This document shows, piece by piece, positions 1 through 7,952 of a stretch of DNA of 32,000 nt. Position 1 is the stretch's first letter, and the number at the start of each line of letters is the position of its first letter. The DNA is taken from assembly GCF_000354175.2 (NCBI RefSeq), contig NC_022359.1, forward strand, positions 540,001 to 572,000, written 5' to 3'. Source of the DNA: Vibrio alginolyticus NBRC 15630 = ATCC 17749. Its GTDB lineage: Bacteria; Pseudomonadota; Gammaproteobacteria; Enterobacterales; Vibrionaceae. Made by a program: the position numbers and the translations under genes. The notes beneath the pieces were generated by a model that searched no databases, was not told the origin of the DNA, and saw only the letters and a list, made by a program, of their open reading frames with translations.

Positions 1-43
1 AGTGTGGGGCTTCCCCATGTGAGAGTAGAACATCGCCAGGCTT
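1..43 (+). rRNA. rrf: 5S ribosomal RNA, 3'-terminal fragment (5' part lies upstream of the window)
   Basis: nt 1-43 (agtgtggggcttccccatgtgagagtagaacatcgccaggct) align by eye with the conserved 3' end of gammaproteobacterial 5S rRNA (E. coli ...AGTGTGGGGTCTCCCCATGCGAGAGTAGGGAACTGCCAGGCAT). The 3' end is uncertain by about 2 nt. Confidence 0.85.
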
Positions 44-140
44 TAAACATCGCTTTCAAGTTCTCTTTAATTGAGATAACTGAAGGCAAAACTAAAAATT
101 AGCATCAATAGTATAAGACTAAGTTTTAGTGACAATTTGT

Positions 141-231
141 GGAGAGATGGCTGAGTGGTTGAAAGCACCGGTCTTGAAAACCGGCATACGTTAATAGCGT
201 ATCTAGGGTTCAAATCCCTATCTCTCCGCCA
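141..231 (+). tRNA. tRNA-Ser (anticodon UGA), class II with long variable arm, encoded CCA
   Basis: Manual cloverleaf. Acceptor GGAGAGA/TCTCTCC. Anticodon stem CCGGT/ACCGG with loop CTTGAAA (anticodon TGA at 175-177). Long variable arm ATACG-TTAATAG-CGTAT. T arm TAGGG-TTCAAAT-CCCTA. Discriminator G followed by CCA. Confidence 0.95.
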
Positions 232-244
232 CTTTTAAAAAAAA

Positions 245-269
245 CCGCTGTTCTTACAGCGGTTTTTTT
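245..269 (+). terminator. Rho-independent terminator after tRNA-Ser (end of the rrn/tRNA transcript)
   Basis: Stem ccgctgt (245-251) / acagcgg (256-262), loop tctt, then T7 run 263-269. It is preceded by an A-run, so it could work in both directions. Confidence 0.8.
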
Positions 270-509
270 GTATCTGCTGTTTTTTAACCGCTGTTATCGA
301 AACTTCTAATTGATTTTTCTCTAGCTCTTTCTCCAAGTTTTTGCGTACCTACTTTGGGTTTAGTTTACGCAGTAATACCTTCAATCGAAGACATTTCCAT
401 ACGTCTCATTTGGGCTTCAAATAGAGCTTTCTTAAGTCTCAACGTGGGATGCTTAAACGCATTTTGATAGAGTTCCAGTCTAAATACTGCGGATGCACTT
501 GGAGAAAAA

Positions 510-1270
510 ATGAAGCTACTTTACTGGTTAGATGAATGGCAAGCTCTTACTCAACAAGAACAAGAGATGGCTTTACCTATCTCTGGCTACGATTTACTTG
601 ATGATGTGTTTGTGAAGTATGAACTCGTCGATCTTAACAAGCCATTGTTGTTTACATTTTCTCCTTCCGGTACTGATGTGCAGGTACAAGATTTAACTCC
701 GGATTTTTCTCCTTGGGGCTACGAGCTCGGAATACAACAACAAGTAAACATTATTGCCTTTCAACATTTAGGACAAAGTAATTGGTTCCGTAGTCGGAAT
801 TTGATTTTCTTTCTGGAGCAGCTATCTGAGTTGCTTCACCCCTTCCAATGTCGTTTGGGTTATGGGCAAAGTCGAGGTGGCTTTGCAATTGGCGCGTTCG
901 CTAACTTGCTGAAATTAGAACATCTTTTGTTGTTTTATCCTGTTAGCACAAAAATAAAGCGTTAGTGCCTTGGGATGATCGGCCGAGTACTGAGCTTGCT
1001 CAGCAGTTTGCTTGGGAAAGCGGCTATCATGATAGAGATTTGGGCAATGCCAAAGGTTATATTATTTATGACCCATCCAATCGCATTGATCGTCTTCATG
1101 CTGAACGTTATCCCGAGCTTACTCATTTGAAAGTCGTCGGTATGGGACACGGCACTCAATCCACACAATTAGATAAATTAGAATTTTTTAATCTGGTGGC
1201 GCAGGAGTTTGTTCGCCATCAAACCTTAGATATTGACCAATTTAATAAGCAAATTCACGCTTTGTTTTAA
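510..1270 (+). pseudogene. Frameshifted, C-terminally shorter paralogue of the downstream alpha/beta-hydrolase-like gene
   Basis: ORFs 510-965 and 965-1270 together are colinear with residues 1 to about 255 of ORF 1374-2405. I counted 48/62 identical residues over the N-terminus. The frame breaks at 955-965, where copy 1 reads acaaaaataaagcgttagtg and copy 2 reads acaaaaaacaaagttttggtg, so copy 1 is 1 nt shorter, in or next to an A-run. The GxSxG-like (GQSRG) and GMGHG motifs are retained. Confidence 0.7.
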
Positions 1271-1373
1271 AAGAGGACTGATATCAGAGTCCCCTGTAAC
1301 CAGGGGGAGATGATCACACACTAAAAACTAGATTTTTAACACAATTGCTAGGCGCAATTTAGATGGAGGATTA

Positions 1374-2405
1374 ATGAAGTTACTGTACTGGTTGGATGAA
1401 TGGCTGGCTCTTTCTCGTGAAGAACAGCAAACCAGGCTACCGATGTCCGGGGAGGACTTACTTGATGATGTATTTGTTAAGTATGAGTTTGTCGACCGAA
1501 ATAAACCACTGTTGTTCACCTTTTCCCCTGCTGGTACGAATCTACAAGTACAGGACTTACACTCAGACTTTGCGCCTTGGGGTTATCGCTTAGCCCAGAA
1601 ACAAAAAGTAAATATTATTTCATTTCAGCATCTTGGGAAAAGTAACTGGTTTCGCAGCCGTAATTTGATTTTCTTTCTAGAGCAACTGTCGACTTTACTT
1701 GAGCCCTTTGAATGTCGTTTAGGCTATGGACTTAGCCGCGGTGGTTTTGCTATTGGTGCCTTTTCTAATCTATTAAAGTTGGATCAAGTATTGATGTTTC
1801 ACCCGGTCAGCACAAAAAACAAAGTTTTGGTGCCATGGGATGATAGGCCAAGTACTGAACTTGCCCAACAATTTGATTGGGAAGGAAAGTATCACGACCT
1901 CGACCTTGGCGATGCAAAAGGCTATATCATTTATGATCCAACTAATGAAATCGACCGCCTTCACGCCAAACGCTACCCAGAGCTCACTCACTTAAGAGTC
2001 TTCGGGATGGGACATGGTACCCACGCGACGTATTTGAATAAATTCGGTTTTTATAAGCAAGTGGCCGTAGACTTTATACGTTATCAGAAGATAGATATAG
2101 CGCAGTTTCGTCATCAGACCAAAACGCTGCGCTTAAAAGAAGATTACTATCAGTGCCTTAACAAGGCGAATGCGAGCTCACAGCATCGTTTAAACTTACT
2201 GAGCACCGCTCATAATGTACTAATTGAAGAAAAGAAAGAACATGTGAAGGAGCATCAAGCGCAAATCGATATTCAGCCACTTGTTGATATTGCACTTAAG
2301 CATGAGTATGACAACCCGCAAGATGCAGTACAGCTTTTGGAAGTCGCTCAGCAGTTGGTTCCGAATGATCCCGTTGTGGAGCACAAGTTGCAGCAACTGT
2401 CGTAA
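1374..2405 (+). CDS. Hypothetical alpha/beta-hydrolase-fold protein (putative Ser-Asp-His esterase) with a helical C-terminal extension of about 90 aa
   Basis: 343-aa ORF. GGAGG lies 4 nt before the ATG. It has a nucleophile-elbow-like GLSRGG after a hydrophobic strand, a later YDPTNEIDR, and GMGHG. The C-terminal ~90 aa are helix-rich and charged. I do not recognise the family. Confidence 0.75.
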   Translation: MKLLYWLDEWLALSREEQQTRLPMSGEDLLDDVFVKYEFVDRNKPLLFTFSPAGTNLQVQDLHSDFAPWGYRLAQKQKVNIISFQHLGKSNWFRSRNLIFFLEQLSTLLEPFECRLGYGLSRGGFAIGAFSNLLKLDQVLMFHPVSTKNKVLVPWDDRPSTELAQQFDWEGKYHDLDLGDAKGYIIYDPTNEIDRLHAKRYPELTHLRVFGMGHGTHATYLNKFGFYKQVAVDFIRYQKIDIAQFRHQTKTLRLKEDYYQCLNKANASSQHRLNLLSTAHNVLIEEKKEHVKEHQAQIDIQPLVDIALKHEYDNPQDAVQLLEVAQQLVPNDPVVEHKLQQLS

Positions 2406-2441
2406 CGTTGAGATGTAATGCGGACGATATTGGTCGAAATA

Positions 2442-2470
2442 GGTCAGTGGCTTTTGTCGCTGGCCTTTTT
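2442..2470 (+). terminator. Rho-independent terminator of the 1374-2405 gene
   Basis: 10-bp stem ggtcagtggc (2442-2451) / gtcgctggcc (2456-2465) including G-U pairs, loop tttt, T5 run 2466-2470. Confidence 0.65.
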
Positions 2471-2520
2471 AATAGCTTATGGATTGATATTTCGATGAAA
2501 TCTAATGAAGCAGTACAAAA

Positions 2521-2547
2521 TAAAAAGCCCAAGCAAATGCTTAGGCT
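2521..2547 (-). terminator. Rho-independent terminator of yibL
   Basis: Minus strand reads agcctaagca-tt-tgcttgggct followed by ttttt (plus-strand A-run at 2522-2526). It lies 22 nt after the yibL stop. Confidence 0.7.
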
Positions 2548-2568
2548 CCATAAATGTTAATGCGAGTT

Positions 2569-2925
2569 TTAAAACTCTTTTGGCGCAAAGCCTGTCATCA
2601 CATCAAGGCGAAGTTCTTTACCAACTTTTGTTAATGGGTGAACGATTACTAAGCCGCGTACGCGTTTTTTTAGTTTGCCTATGTCCGCTTGTTCTGCTTT
2701 GGTGATTTCACGAGAGAAAGGCATATCAAGTAAGCTTTTACGTTCTTTGTTCAGCTCATAGTTTTGCTTGTGCTTTAACTGGTTAAGCTTTTTGGTCAGC
2801 TGTTCTACTTCATCCGTGAACTTTGTAATCATTTCGTGATCACCACGAGAACGTGCCGCATCAAGTTTACGTTGGCATGTATCTAAACGGTTGTGCAGCT
2901 TTTGAATATCAGTTTTTATGCTCAT
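2569..2925 (-). CDS. yibL: Ribosome-associated protein YibL (DUF2810 family)
   Basis: Colinear by eye with E. coli YibL, for example MPFSREITKAEQADIGKLKKRVRGLVIVHP versus [30 protein letters not shown], and a C-terminal MTGF motif. The ORF track starts at a TTG (2940). The ATG at 2925 gives 118 aa, close to the 120 aa of E. coli YibL, so the start is uncertain. Confidence 0.85.
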   Translation of the reverse strand: MSIKTDIQKLHNRLDTCQRKLDAARSRGDHEMITKFTDEVEQLTKKLNQLKHKQNYELNKERKSLLDMPFSREITKAEQADIGKLKKRVRGLVIVHPLTKVGKELRLDVMTGFAPKEF

Positions 2926-3010
2926 GGTAATTTGGCTCAAATTTTAAATAGCCGAGGAGTATAGCATAGCTGAGGTCACACGCTCTACTATACTTCTCGA
3001 TTGTCTGGCT

Positions 3011-4006
3011 TTAGTTAATCAGTTCATTGCCCGATACGTTACCAGAGAAAAAGGCTTCGACGTTATCAAGCGTCACAGAGGCAATATTATTAAGTGCTTC
3101 GTGAGTCAAGAATGCTTGGTGGCCAGTAAACAGCACGTTATGACAAGCCGATAAACGGCGGAAAACATCATCTACAATGACATCGTTAGATTTATCTTGG
3201 AAGAATAAGTCTTTTTCATTGTCATACACGTCTAGGCCAAGCGCACCAATCTTACCTTGTTTCAACGCTTCTATCGCCGCTAGTGAATCTAGCAACTCGC
3301 CTCGACTGGTGTTAATGATCATTACACCATCTTTCATTTGCGTGAAGGCTTTTTCGTTCAATAAGTGATAGTTTTCTTCACTCATTGGACAATGGAGAGA
3401 GATAATATCCGCATTAGCGTAGATTTCTTCAAGCGAACAGTAACGGGCTCCCATTTCTAGCGCTAATGGGTTTTCGTAGGGGTCGTAGCAAAGCAGTTCC
3501 ATGCCAAGCCCTTTGAAGATACGCATCGTCGCGATACCAATCTTACCCGTACCAATAACACCAACGGTTTTTCCGAAAAAGTTAAAGCCAACAAGACCCT
3601 CTAGCGAGAAGTTGGCGTCACGTGTGCGTTGGTAGGCCTTGTGAAGACGGCGGTTTAGGCACATCATTAAACCAACCGTGTGCTCTGCCACTGCTTCTGG
3701 TGAGTAAGCAGGAACTCGAACCACTTGTAAGCCTAGTTCTTTGGCTGCTTGTTGATCAACTTTATCATATCCCGCGCAGCGCATAGCAATAAGCTTGGTC
3801 CCGCCCAGAGAAAGCTGTTTAAGGACAGGAGCTGAAAGATCATCATTAACAAACGCACATACGACATCACTGCCGTGCGCCATCTTGGCTGTTTTTTCGG
3901 TTAGTCGGAAGTCGTGATAGTGAAATTCAAAATCGCGGTTATTTTTAATTTTATTAAAAGAGGCTTCGTCGTAGGATTTTGCACTAAAAAAAGCAATGTT
4001 AATCAT
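3011..4006 (-). CDS. ldhA: Fermentative D-lactate dehydrogenase (NAD-dependent 2-hydroxyacid dehydrogenase)
   Basis: 331 aa, colinear with E. coli LdhA: VVRVPAYSPEAVAEH, YQRTRDANFSLEGL, GKTVGVIGTGKIG (NAD fold), LSACHNVLFTGHQAFLT. Confidence 0.92.
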   Translation of the reverse strand: MINIAFFSAKSYDEASFNKIKNNRDFEFHYHDFRLTEKTAKMAHGSDVVCAFVNDDLSAPVLKQLSLGGTKLIAMRCAGYDKVDQQAAKELGLQVVRVPAYSPEAVAEHTVGLMMCLNRRLHKAYQRTRDANFSLEGLVGFNFFGKTVGVIGTGKIGIATMRIFKGLGMELLCYDPYENPLALEMGARYCSLEEIYANADIISLHCPMSEENYHLLNEKAFTQMKDGVMIINTSRGELLDSLAAIEALKQGKIGALGLDVYDNEKDLFFQDKSNDVIVDDVFRRLSACHNVLFTGHQAFLTHEALNNIASVTLDNVEAFFSGNVSGNELIN

Positions 4007-4247
4007 GGTTCCCTCTCAAAAAGTGCGGACTTTATAAATAAATATGCTTATAAAGTAATGCAACTTAGCCGCAATGAATAGAGAAATCTTCTCTTTGACT
4101 TTTGTTGTATCAAATAACGATAAGAAGTACGCCTTTCAGCGAGTCTATCTTATGGTTCCGCATTAGATACTGTTTGCTTTACGAGCATTAACTGACTAGC
4201 ATTATCGCTCTTTTCTTGTTCACTTTATTAGCTTAGGCGTTACGACA

Positions 4248-4730
4248 ATGTCAGTAAAATGGTGCTCTATGTTCTTGTGTTGTGTGTTTGCTTCTGGCAC
4301 TCACGCAGCTGTTGACCTCGTTAAAGTCGACAAGTCTAAGCGTCGAATGTATTTGATGGAACAAGGAGCAGTGCTAAAAGAATACCGAATTGCTTTAGGA
4401 GCGAACCCTCAAGGACATAAACAAGAAGAGGGAGACAATCGCACACCAGAGGGCGAATACACTCTAGATTATGTTATAGAGGACTCTGCTTTTTATCGTT
4501 CTGTGCATATCAGTTACCCTGATGCGATTGATACGTTGGAAGCGAAGCGCCGAGGTGTGTCCCCTGGAGGGAACATCAAAATTCATGGCTTAAAAAACGG
4601 TGAGAGTCAGTTGCCGATTTACATCCAAAGTTTTGATTGGACTAATGGGTGTATTGCGATTACCAACGAGGAGATGGACGAATTTATCCAGCTTGTCGAG
4701 ATGGGGACACCAATTCAGATTGAGTGGTAA
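4248..4730 (+). CDS. Small exported L,D-transpeptidase-family (YkuD domain) protein
   Basis: Signal peptide ending THA|AVD. YkuD catalytic signature IKIHG...TNGCIAITNEEMDEF (His/Cys pair). Confidence 0.8.
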   Translation: MSVKWCSMFLCCVFASGTHAAVDLVKVDKSKRRMYLMEQGAVLKEYRIALGANPQGHKQEEGDNRTPEGEYTLDYVIEDSAFYRSVHISYPDAIDTLEAKRRGVSPGGNIKIHGLKNGESQLPIYIQSFDWTNGCIAITNEEMDEFIQLVEMGTPIQIEW

Positions 4731-4765
4731 CAAAAGGTCCCCTTTAATGTTCTGGCTCTTATAGG

Positions 4766-5476
4766 CTATGGCATAAAGCGCTGTGGATGATCACTAAAAA
4801 TACCGTCTAACTGAGGCAGGTATTTCAGTTTATTTGGATTGTTCACCGTATAGCACATCACTTTGTAACCGGCTTGTTGGAGTTTGTTTATCTGGCGAGT
4901 ACGAACCCAGTTAATATTTAGGTTGCAGCTATAGGCACTAACTTCTTCCAAAAGGCGTTTATCTTTTCTCGTAAAGAATTCACTTAACACACCCAATCGG
5001 TAGCCACTGCAGTATTTGTGCATCGCTCTAATGACGTCATGACTAAAGCTCGATAGGAGTACATTCTCTTGCGGCATTGGACTTTTTGTTAACGCATTGG
5101 CGAGAGTCTGCGCCACTTCTTCCGCTGGATGGTTGTCTACTTTAACTTCGATATTCAAGTTAAGCTTATTCTCAGTAGCTAAAGTGAGCAGTTCATCTAG
5201 TGTCACGATCTTCTCGCCTGAAAAGTCTGTGCTAAACCAACTACCGAAATCTAATGCTTTTAAGTCTTCCAGGGTGAGCTCATCAACACGCCCTTGTCCA
5301 TTGCTGCATCGATTGACGGTATGATCATGGCAAACCACTAAAACATTATCTTTGGTAGGCTGTATATCCACTTCCACCCACTTCAACCCCAGGTCAATGG
5401 CTGCCTGAATGCTTATTTTTGTATTCTCAGGGTATGAACCTGCCACGCCACGGTGACCAATTAATAACGTTTCCAT
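4766..5476 (-). CDS. Cytoplasmic glycerophosphodiester phosphodiesterase (UgpQ-like, GDPD family)
   Basis: N-terminal LIGHRGVAGSYPENT and VEVDIQPTKDNVLVVCHD are typical GDPD motifs. No signal peptide. Confidence 0.85.
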   Translation of the reverse strand: METLLIGHRGVAGSYPENTKISIQAAIDLGLKWVEVDIQPTKDNVLVVCHDHTVNRCSNGQGRVDELTLEDLKALDFGSWFSTDFSGEKIVTLDELLTLATENKLNLNIEVKVDNHPAEEVAQTLANALTKSPMPQENVLLSSFSHDVIRAMHKYCSGYRLGVLSEFFTRKDKRLLEEVSAYSCNLNINWVRTRQINKLQQAGYKVMCYTVNNPNKLKYLPQLDGIFSDHPQRFMP

Positions 5477-5706
5477 TCGCTTTATCTTTTGCTTTGCGGT
5501 TGCCTGATTGTACTCGTTTTTTCTATGAAGATATATCTAGGTGCATATTGTTAGGAACCTTTAGTACAAGTGAACATTAAACTCTAATAGTACGTTGCTG
5601 CTTCTTGGACTGAGTCCTGTGGACTTAAAGCCTTAGAGTGTGTAGTTGTTTAATTGGTAAATGAGTAATAAAATGCGAACCATTTTTATTTGAATGGTGA
5701 GTGGTA

Positions 5707-6372
5707 ATGTCACGAGTTTTGATAGTCGATGATGACGTTCCTTTGTGTGAGCTGTTAGAAGCGGTTTTGCAAGAGGAGGGCTACATCGTATCTTCTGTGC
5801 ATTGCGGTGAAAGTGCGCTGCAATATATGGAAAAAACGCCTGTAGATCTTGTATTGCTTGATGTCATGTTACCAAACCTTAACGGCATGCAAGTTGCTCG
5901 TAGGATCTGTCAGCGCTTCGCGACACCTATTCTAATGCTTACCGCTCTCAACGATGAAAACTCGATGCTTGATGGTTACCAAGCGGGGGCCGATCAGTAT
6001 ATCGGAAAGCCCTTTAATGTCGCTGAGCTTCTAATGCGCATCAAAGCGATTCTTCGTCGTGTTGGCTTGGAACGTCAACGTCAGACGATGTGTAGTACCG
6101 TTCAAACGATCAGCGACCAGCTTAATAGCTTACCCCTCACAAGTACGGAAGCTGAACTATTGAGCTACTTGGTAAAAAACCAAGGAGTCGTGATTTCAAA
6201 AGCAGAGCTTCAAACTGAAGTGTTAAAGAAAGAGCTGAGTCCTTTTGATCGCAACCTTGATATGCACATCAGTAACATACGTCGCAAGTTAGTTGAAGCG
6301 GGGCTTTCCAAGCAACATATCAAAACCTTCCGTGGCAAAGGTTACAGTTATTTAGAGGCTGTAAACCGTTAA
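5707..6372 (+). CDS. OmpR/PhoB-family response regulator, CpxR-like
   Basis: Receiver domain (VLIVDDD...LLDVMLP...KPF) plus winged-helix output. PFDRNLDMHISNIRRKL resembles E. coli CpxR PFDRAIDMHISNLRRKL. The ORF track starts at GTG 5701; I prefer ATG 5707. The stop overlaps the kinase start (TAATG). Confidence 0.88.
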   Translation: MSRVLIVDDDVPLCELLEAVLQEEGYIVSSVHCGESALQYMEKTPVDLVLLDVMLPNLNGMQVARRICQRFATPILMLTALNDENSMLDGYQAGADQYIGKPFNVAELLMRIKAILRRVGLERQRQTMCSTVQTISDQLNSLPLTSTEAELLSYLVKNQGVVISKAELQTEVLKKELSPFDRNLDMHISNIRRKLVEAGLSKQHIKTFRGKGYSYLEAVNR

Positions 6373-7745
6373 TGAAGCTCCGATGTCCACCTTTTATTGC
6401 AAAACGTAAAGATAGCTTAGCGTTCAAGTTATTTAGTTGCATGACCGCAATTGTCATTAGTATTTTGGTCGTGCAATCCTTAGCGGAACAAGCTCTGGTG
6501 AAAGCCATGTTGAAAGTGCCCGATAGTGTGCGAGAAGAAATGCTAGACCTTGCACATCAAGCCAATGTATTGATTGAGCACGGAGACATGGACGAACTTG
6601 CTGACTGGGCAAATGCGCAAAACTTTTATTTATTTGTGTTGAATGAACATCAGCAACCAGTTACGCACCGTCTGATGCATCCGCACTTCGAGTTCAAACT
6701 TCAATTTAAGAGAAGCATTGATGATCAACTTGAGGGGAAAGTGAATCGCCCCATCATCAATATTCCTTTAGTTCATGGCAATACTTTAGTGATTCAATTG
6801 CCACATCGACTGCACCCTGCAAATGACTTCATTCTGTATTTCTCTATTCTCAAAGTCGTGATTGCAGTGGTTATTTTGGCGCTCTTTTCGCTGCTAATGG
6901 CACGTAACTTACAGCAACCATTGGATCGATTGAGAGAAGCAAGCAAAAAGCTATCTAATGGCGATTTTAATGTCAGTGTCGTGAAAGAGCTGAAGTCGAG
7001 CACGCGTGAGTTTAACGAGTTAGCGCAAGATTTCGATCACATGACGCAACAGATTCATTCTCTCGCTGAAAAGCAGCGACTGCTTATAAGAGATGTCTCT
7101 CACGAATTGAGAACGCCGTTAGCGAGGCAGAACTTGGTTCTGCATCTTTTGCGAAAGCGTGTTGGAGAAAGTGAGCAAAGCCTAGTGGCAAGGCTAGAAG
7201 ATGAAGCAAAAGAGCTAAACCATTTGATCAGCGATATATTGGAGTTCAGTCGCTTGGAAAATGCGCGCTTCGACAAAGCCACGAAACGCTGTGATTTAGA
7301 AGTTTTGCTCTCCCCGCAAGTAGAACGTTGCAAAATAGATTTGAAGTCAGAACAGACGTTGTCTTTCCGCTCAGAAGCTGTATGTGCTAAAGCCATTTGT
7401 GAAGAAACGCTGGTCATTCGTTGTTTGAACAATCTTATTGGTAATGCCATTAAATATTCAGGACCAGCATCTCAGATAGAAGTTTCTCTGGAAAATTATG
7501 TCAAAGAAGGGCAGCAGTTCACCACCATGTCAGTATCTGATGATGGGCCTGGTATTCCAGAGAACAAGCTGGTCGATATTTTTGATCCGTTTACACGCTT
7601 AGATGCTTCTAGAGATAAAAAGCTTGGTGGCTACGGTTTAGGTCTTGCGATTGTCAAAGAATCCATGCGTATTATGGGTGGAGCAGTCACGGCGAAAAAC
7701 CGTGAGCAAGGCGGTTTGAGGGTTACTTTAGTGTTCAAGCAATAA
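6372..7745 (+). CDS. Sensor histidine kinase, CpxA-like (two TM segments, periplasmic domain, HAMP, HisKA, HATPase_c)
   Basis: H-box SHELRTPLA, N-box NLIGNAIKY, G-boxes DDGPGI and GYGLGLAIV, and two hydrophobic segments flanking a periplasmic region of about 115 aa. Translationally coupled to the regulator. Confidence 0.88.
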   Translation: MKLRCPPFIAKRKDSLAFKLFSCMTAIVISILVVQSLAEQALVKAMLKVPDSVREEMLDLAHQANVLIEHGDMDELADWANAQNFYLFVLNEHQQPVTHRLMHPHFEFKLQFKRSIDDQLEGKVNRPIINIPLVHGNTLVIQLPHRLHPANDFILYFSILKVVIAVVILALFSLLMARNLQQPLDRLREASKKLSNGDFNVSVVKELKSSTREFNELAQDFDHMTQQIHSLAEKQRLLIRDVSHELRTPLARQNLVLHLLRKRVGESEQSLVARLEDEAKELNHLISDILEFSRLENARFDKATKRCDLEVLLSPQVERCKIDLKSEQTLSFRSEAVCAKAICEETLVIRCLNNLIGNAIKYSGPASQIEVSLENYVKEGQQFTTMSVSDDGPGIPENKLVDIFDPFTRLDASRDKKLGGYGLGLAIVKESMRIMGGAVTAKNREQGGLRVTLVFKQ

Positions 7746-7766
7746 GTATGATTAAGTCGTAATTTT

Positions 7767-7782
7767 TGTGATTAATGTCACA
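7767..7782. promoter_or_regulatory. Candidate CRP (cAMP receptor protein) site, TGTGA-N6-TCACA
   Basis: tttTGTGAttaatgTCACAtta. Both consensus pentamers are perfect with the canonical 6-nt spacer. It lies 22 nt after the kinase stop and 171 nt before the receptor ATG. Confidence 0.55.
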
Positions 7783-7833
7783 TTATCATGGCGCATCATC
7801 AGAGAGTACTTTACAAAAGTTTGCAAATGCAAA

Positions 7834-7876
7834 GAATGTAAATTTAATGCAAATGGTAATACTTATCACTTATATT
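7834..7876 (+). promoter_or_regulatory. Candidate Fur operator overlapping the receptor promoter
   Basis: The 19-mer at 7849-7867 (gcaaatggtaatacttatc) matches GATAATGATAATCATTATC at 14/19 by my count. The surrounding sequence is AT-rich and hexamer-like. A -10-like tatatt sits at 7871-7876. The downstream gene is a TonB-dependent receptor. Confidence 0.6.
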
Positions 7877-7952
7877 CACCCGCGAAATAATTAAGAGGGA
7901 ATCGCATTCAACAAGTATGTGACCCGAAAAATAATAATCGGAGTGAAAGGAT

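Noticed and set aside
300-480. Minus-strand reading frame ending ...ELYQNAFKHPTLRLKKALFEAQMRRMEMSSIEGITA*
   Set aside because: The open stretch has no plausible start codon upstream of the late Met residues and is under 60 aa. At most it is a gene remnant, and I cannot assign it.
950-970. Programmed -1 ribosomal frameshift joining ORFs 510-965 and 965-1270
   Set aside because: The frame relationship fits a -1 shift. However, there is no X XXY YYZ slippery heptamer in the zero frame (agc aca aaa ata aag cgt tag) and no evident downstream stimulatory structure. A 1-nt deletion relative to the paralogue explains it more simply.
1290-1307. Hairpin cccctg-taac-cagggg between the two hydrolase paralogues, considered as a terminator
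   Set aside because: It is a 6-bp stem with no following T-run. It may be incidental or a weak RNA element, and the evidence is insufficient.
962-1991. Antisense ORFs 962-1168 and 1773-1991, which resemble each other
   Set aside because: They lie opposite equivalent parts of the two paralogous sense genes, so their similarity is a by-product of the duplication. They have no SD or start context.
232-2470. Possible genomic islet integrated at tRNA-Ser
   Set aside because: There is no integrase or transposase. I found no downstream direct repeat of the tRNA 3' end (ggttcaaatccctatctctccgcca) and no obvious base-composition shift. Only the location is suggestive.
2505-2705. ORF 2505-2705 (+), 66 aa
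   Set aside because: It overlaps the well-supported yibL gene on the opposite strand and spans the yibL terminator. It is a low-complexity shadow frame.
5657-5675. CpxR-box-like GTAAA upstream of the response-regulator gene
   Set aside because: Only one GTAAA pentamer is present. The second half-site at the required 10-nt periodicity is absent: GTAAT is offset by 8 nt and AATAA matches poorly.
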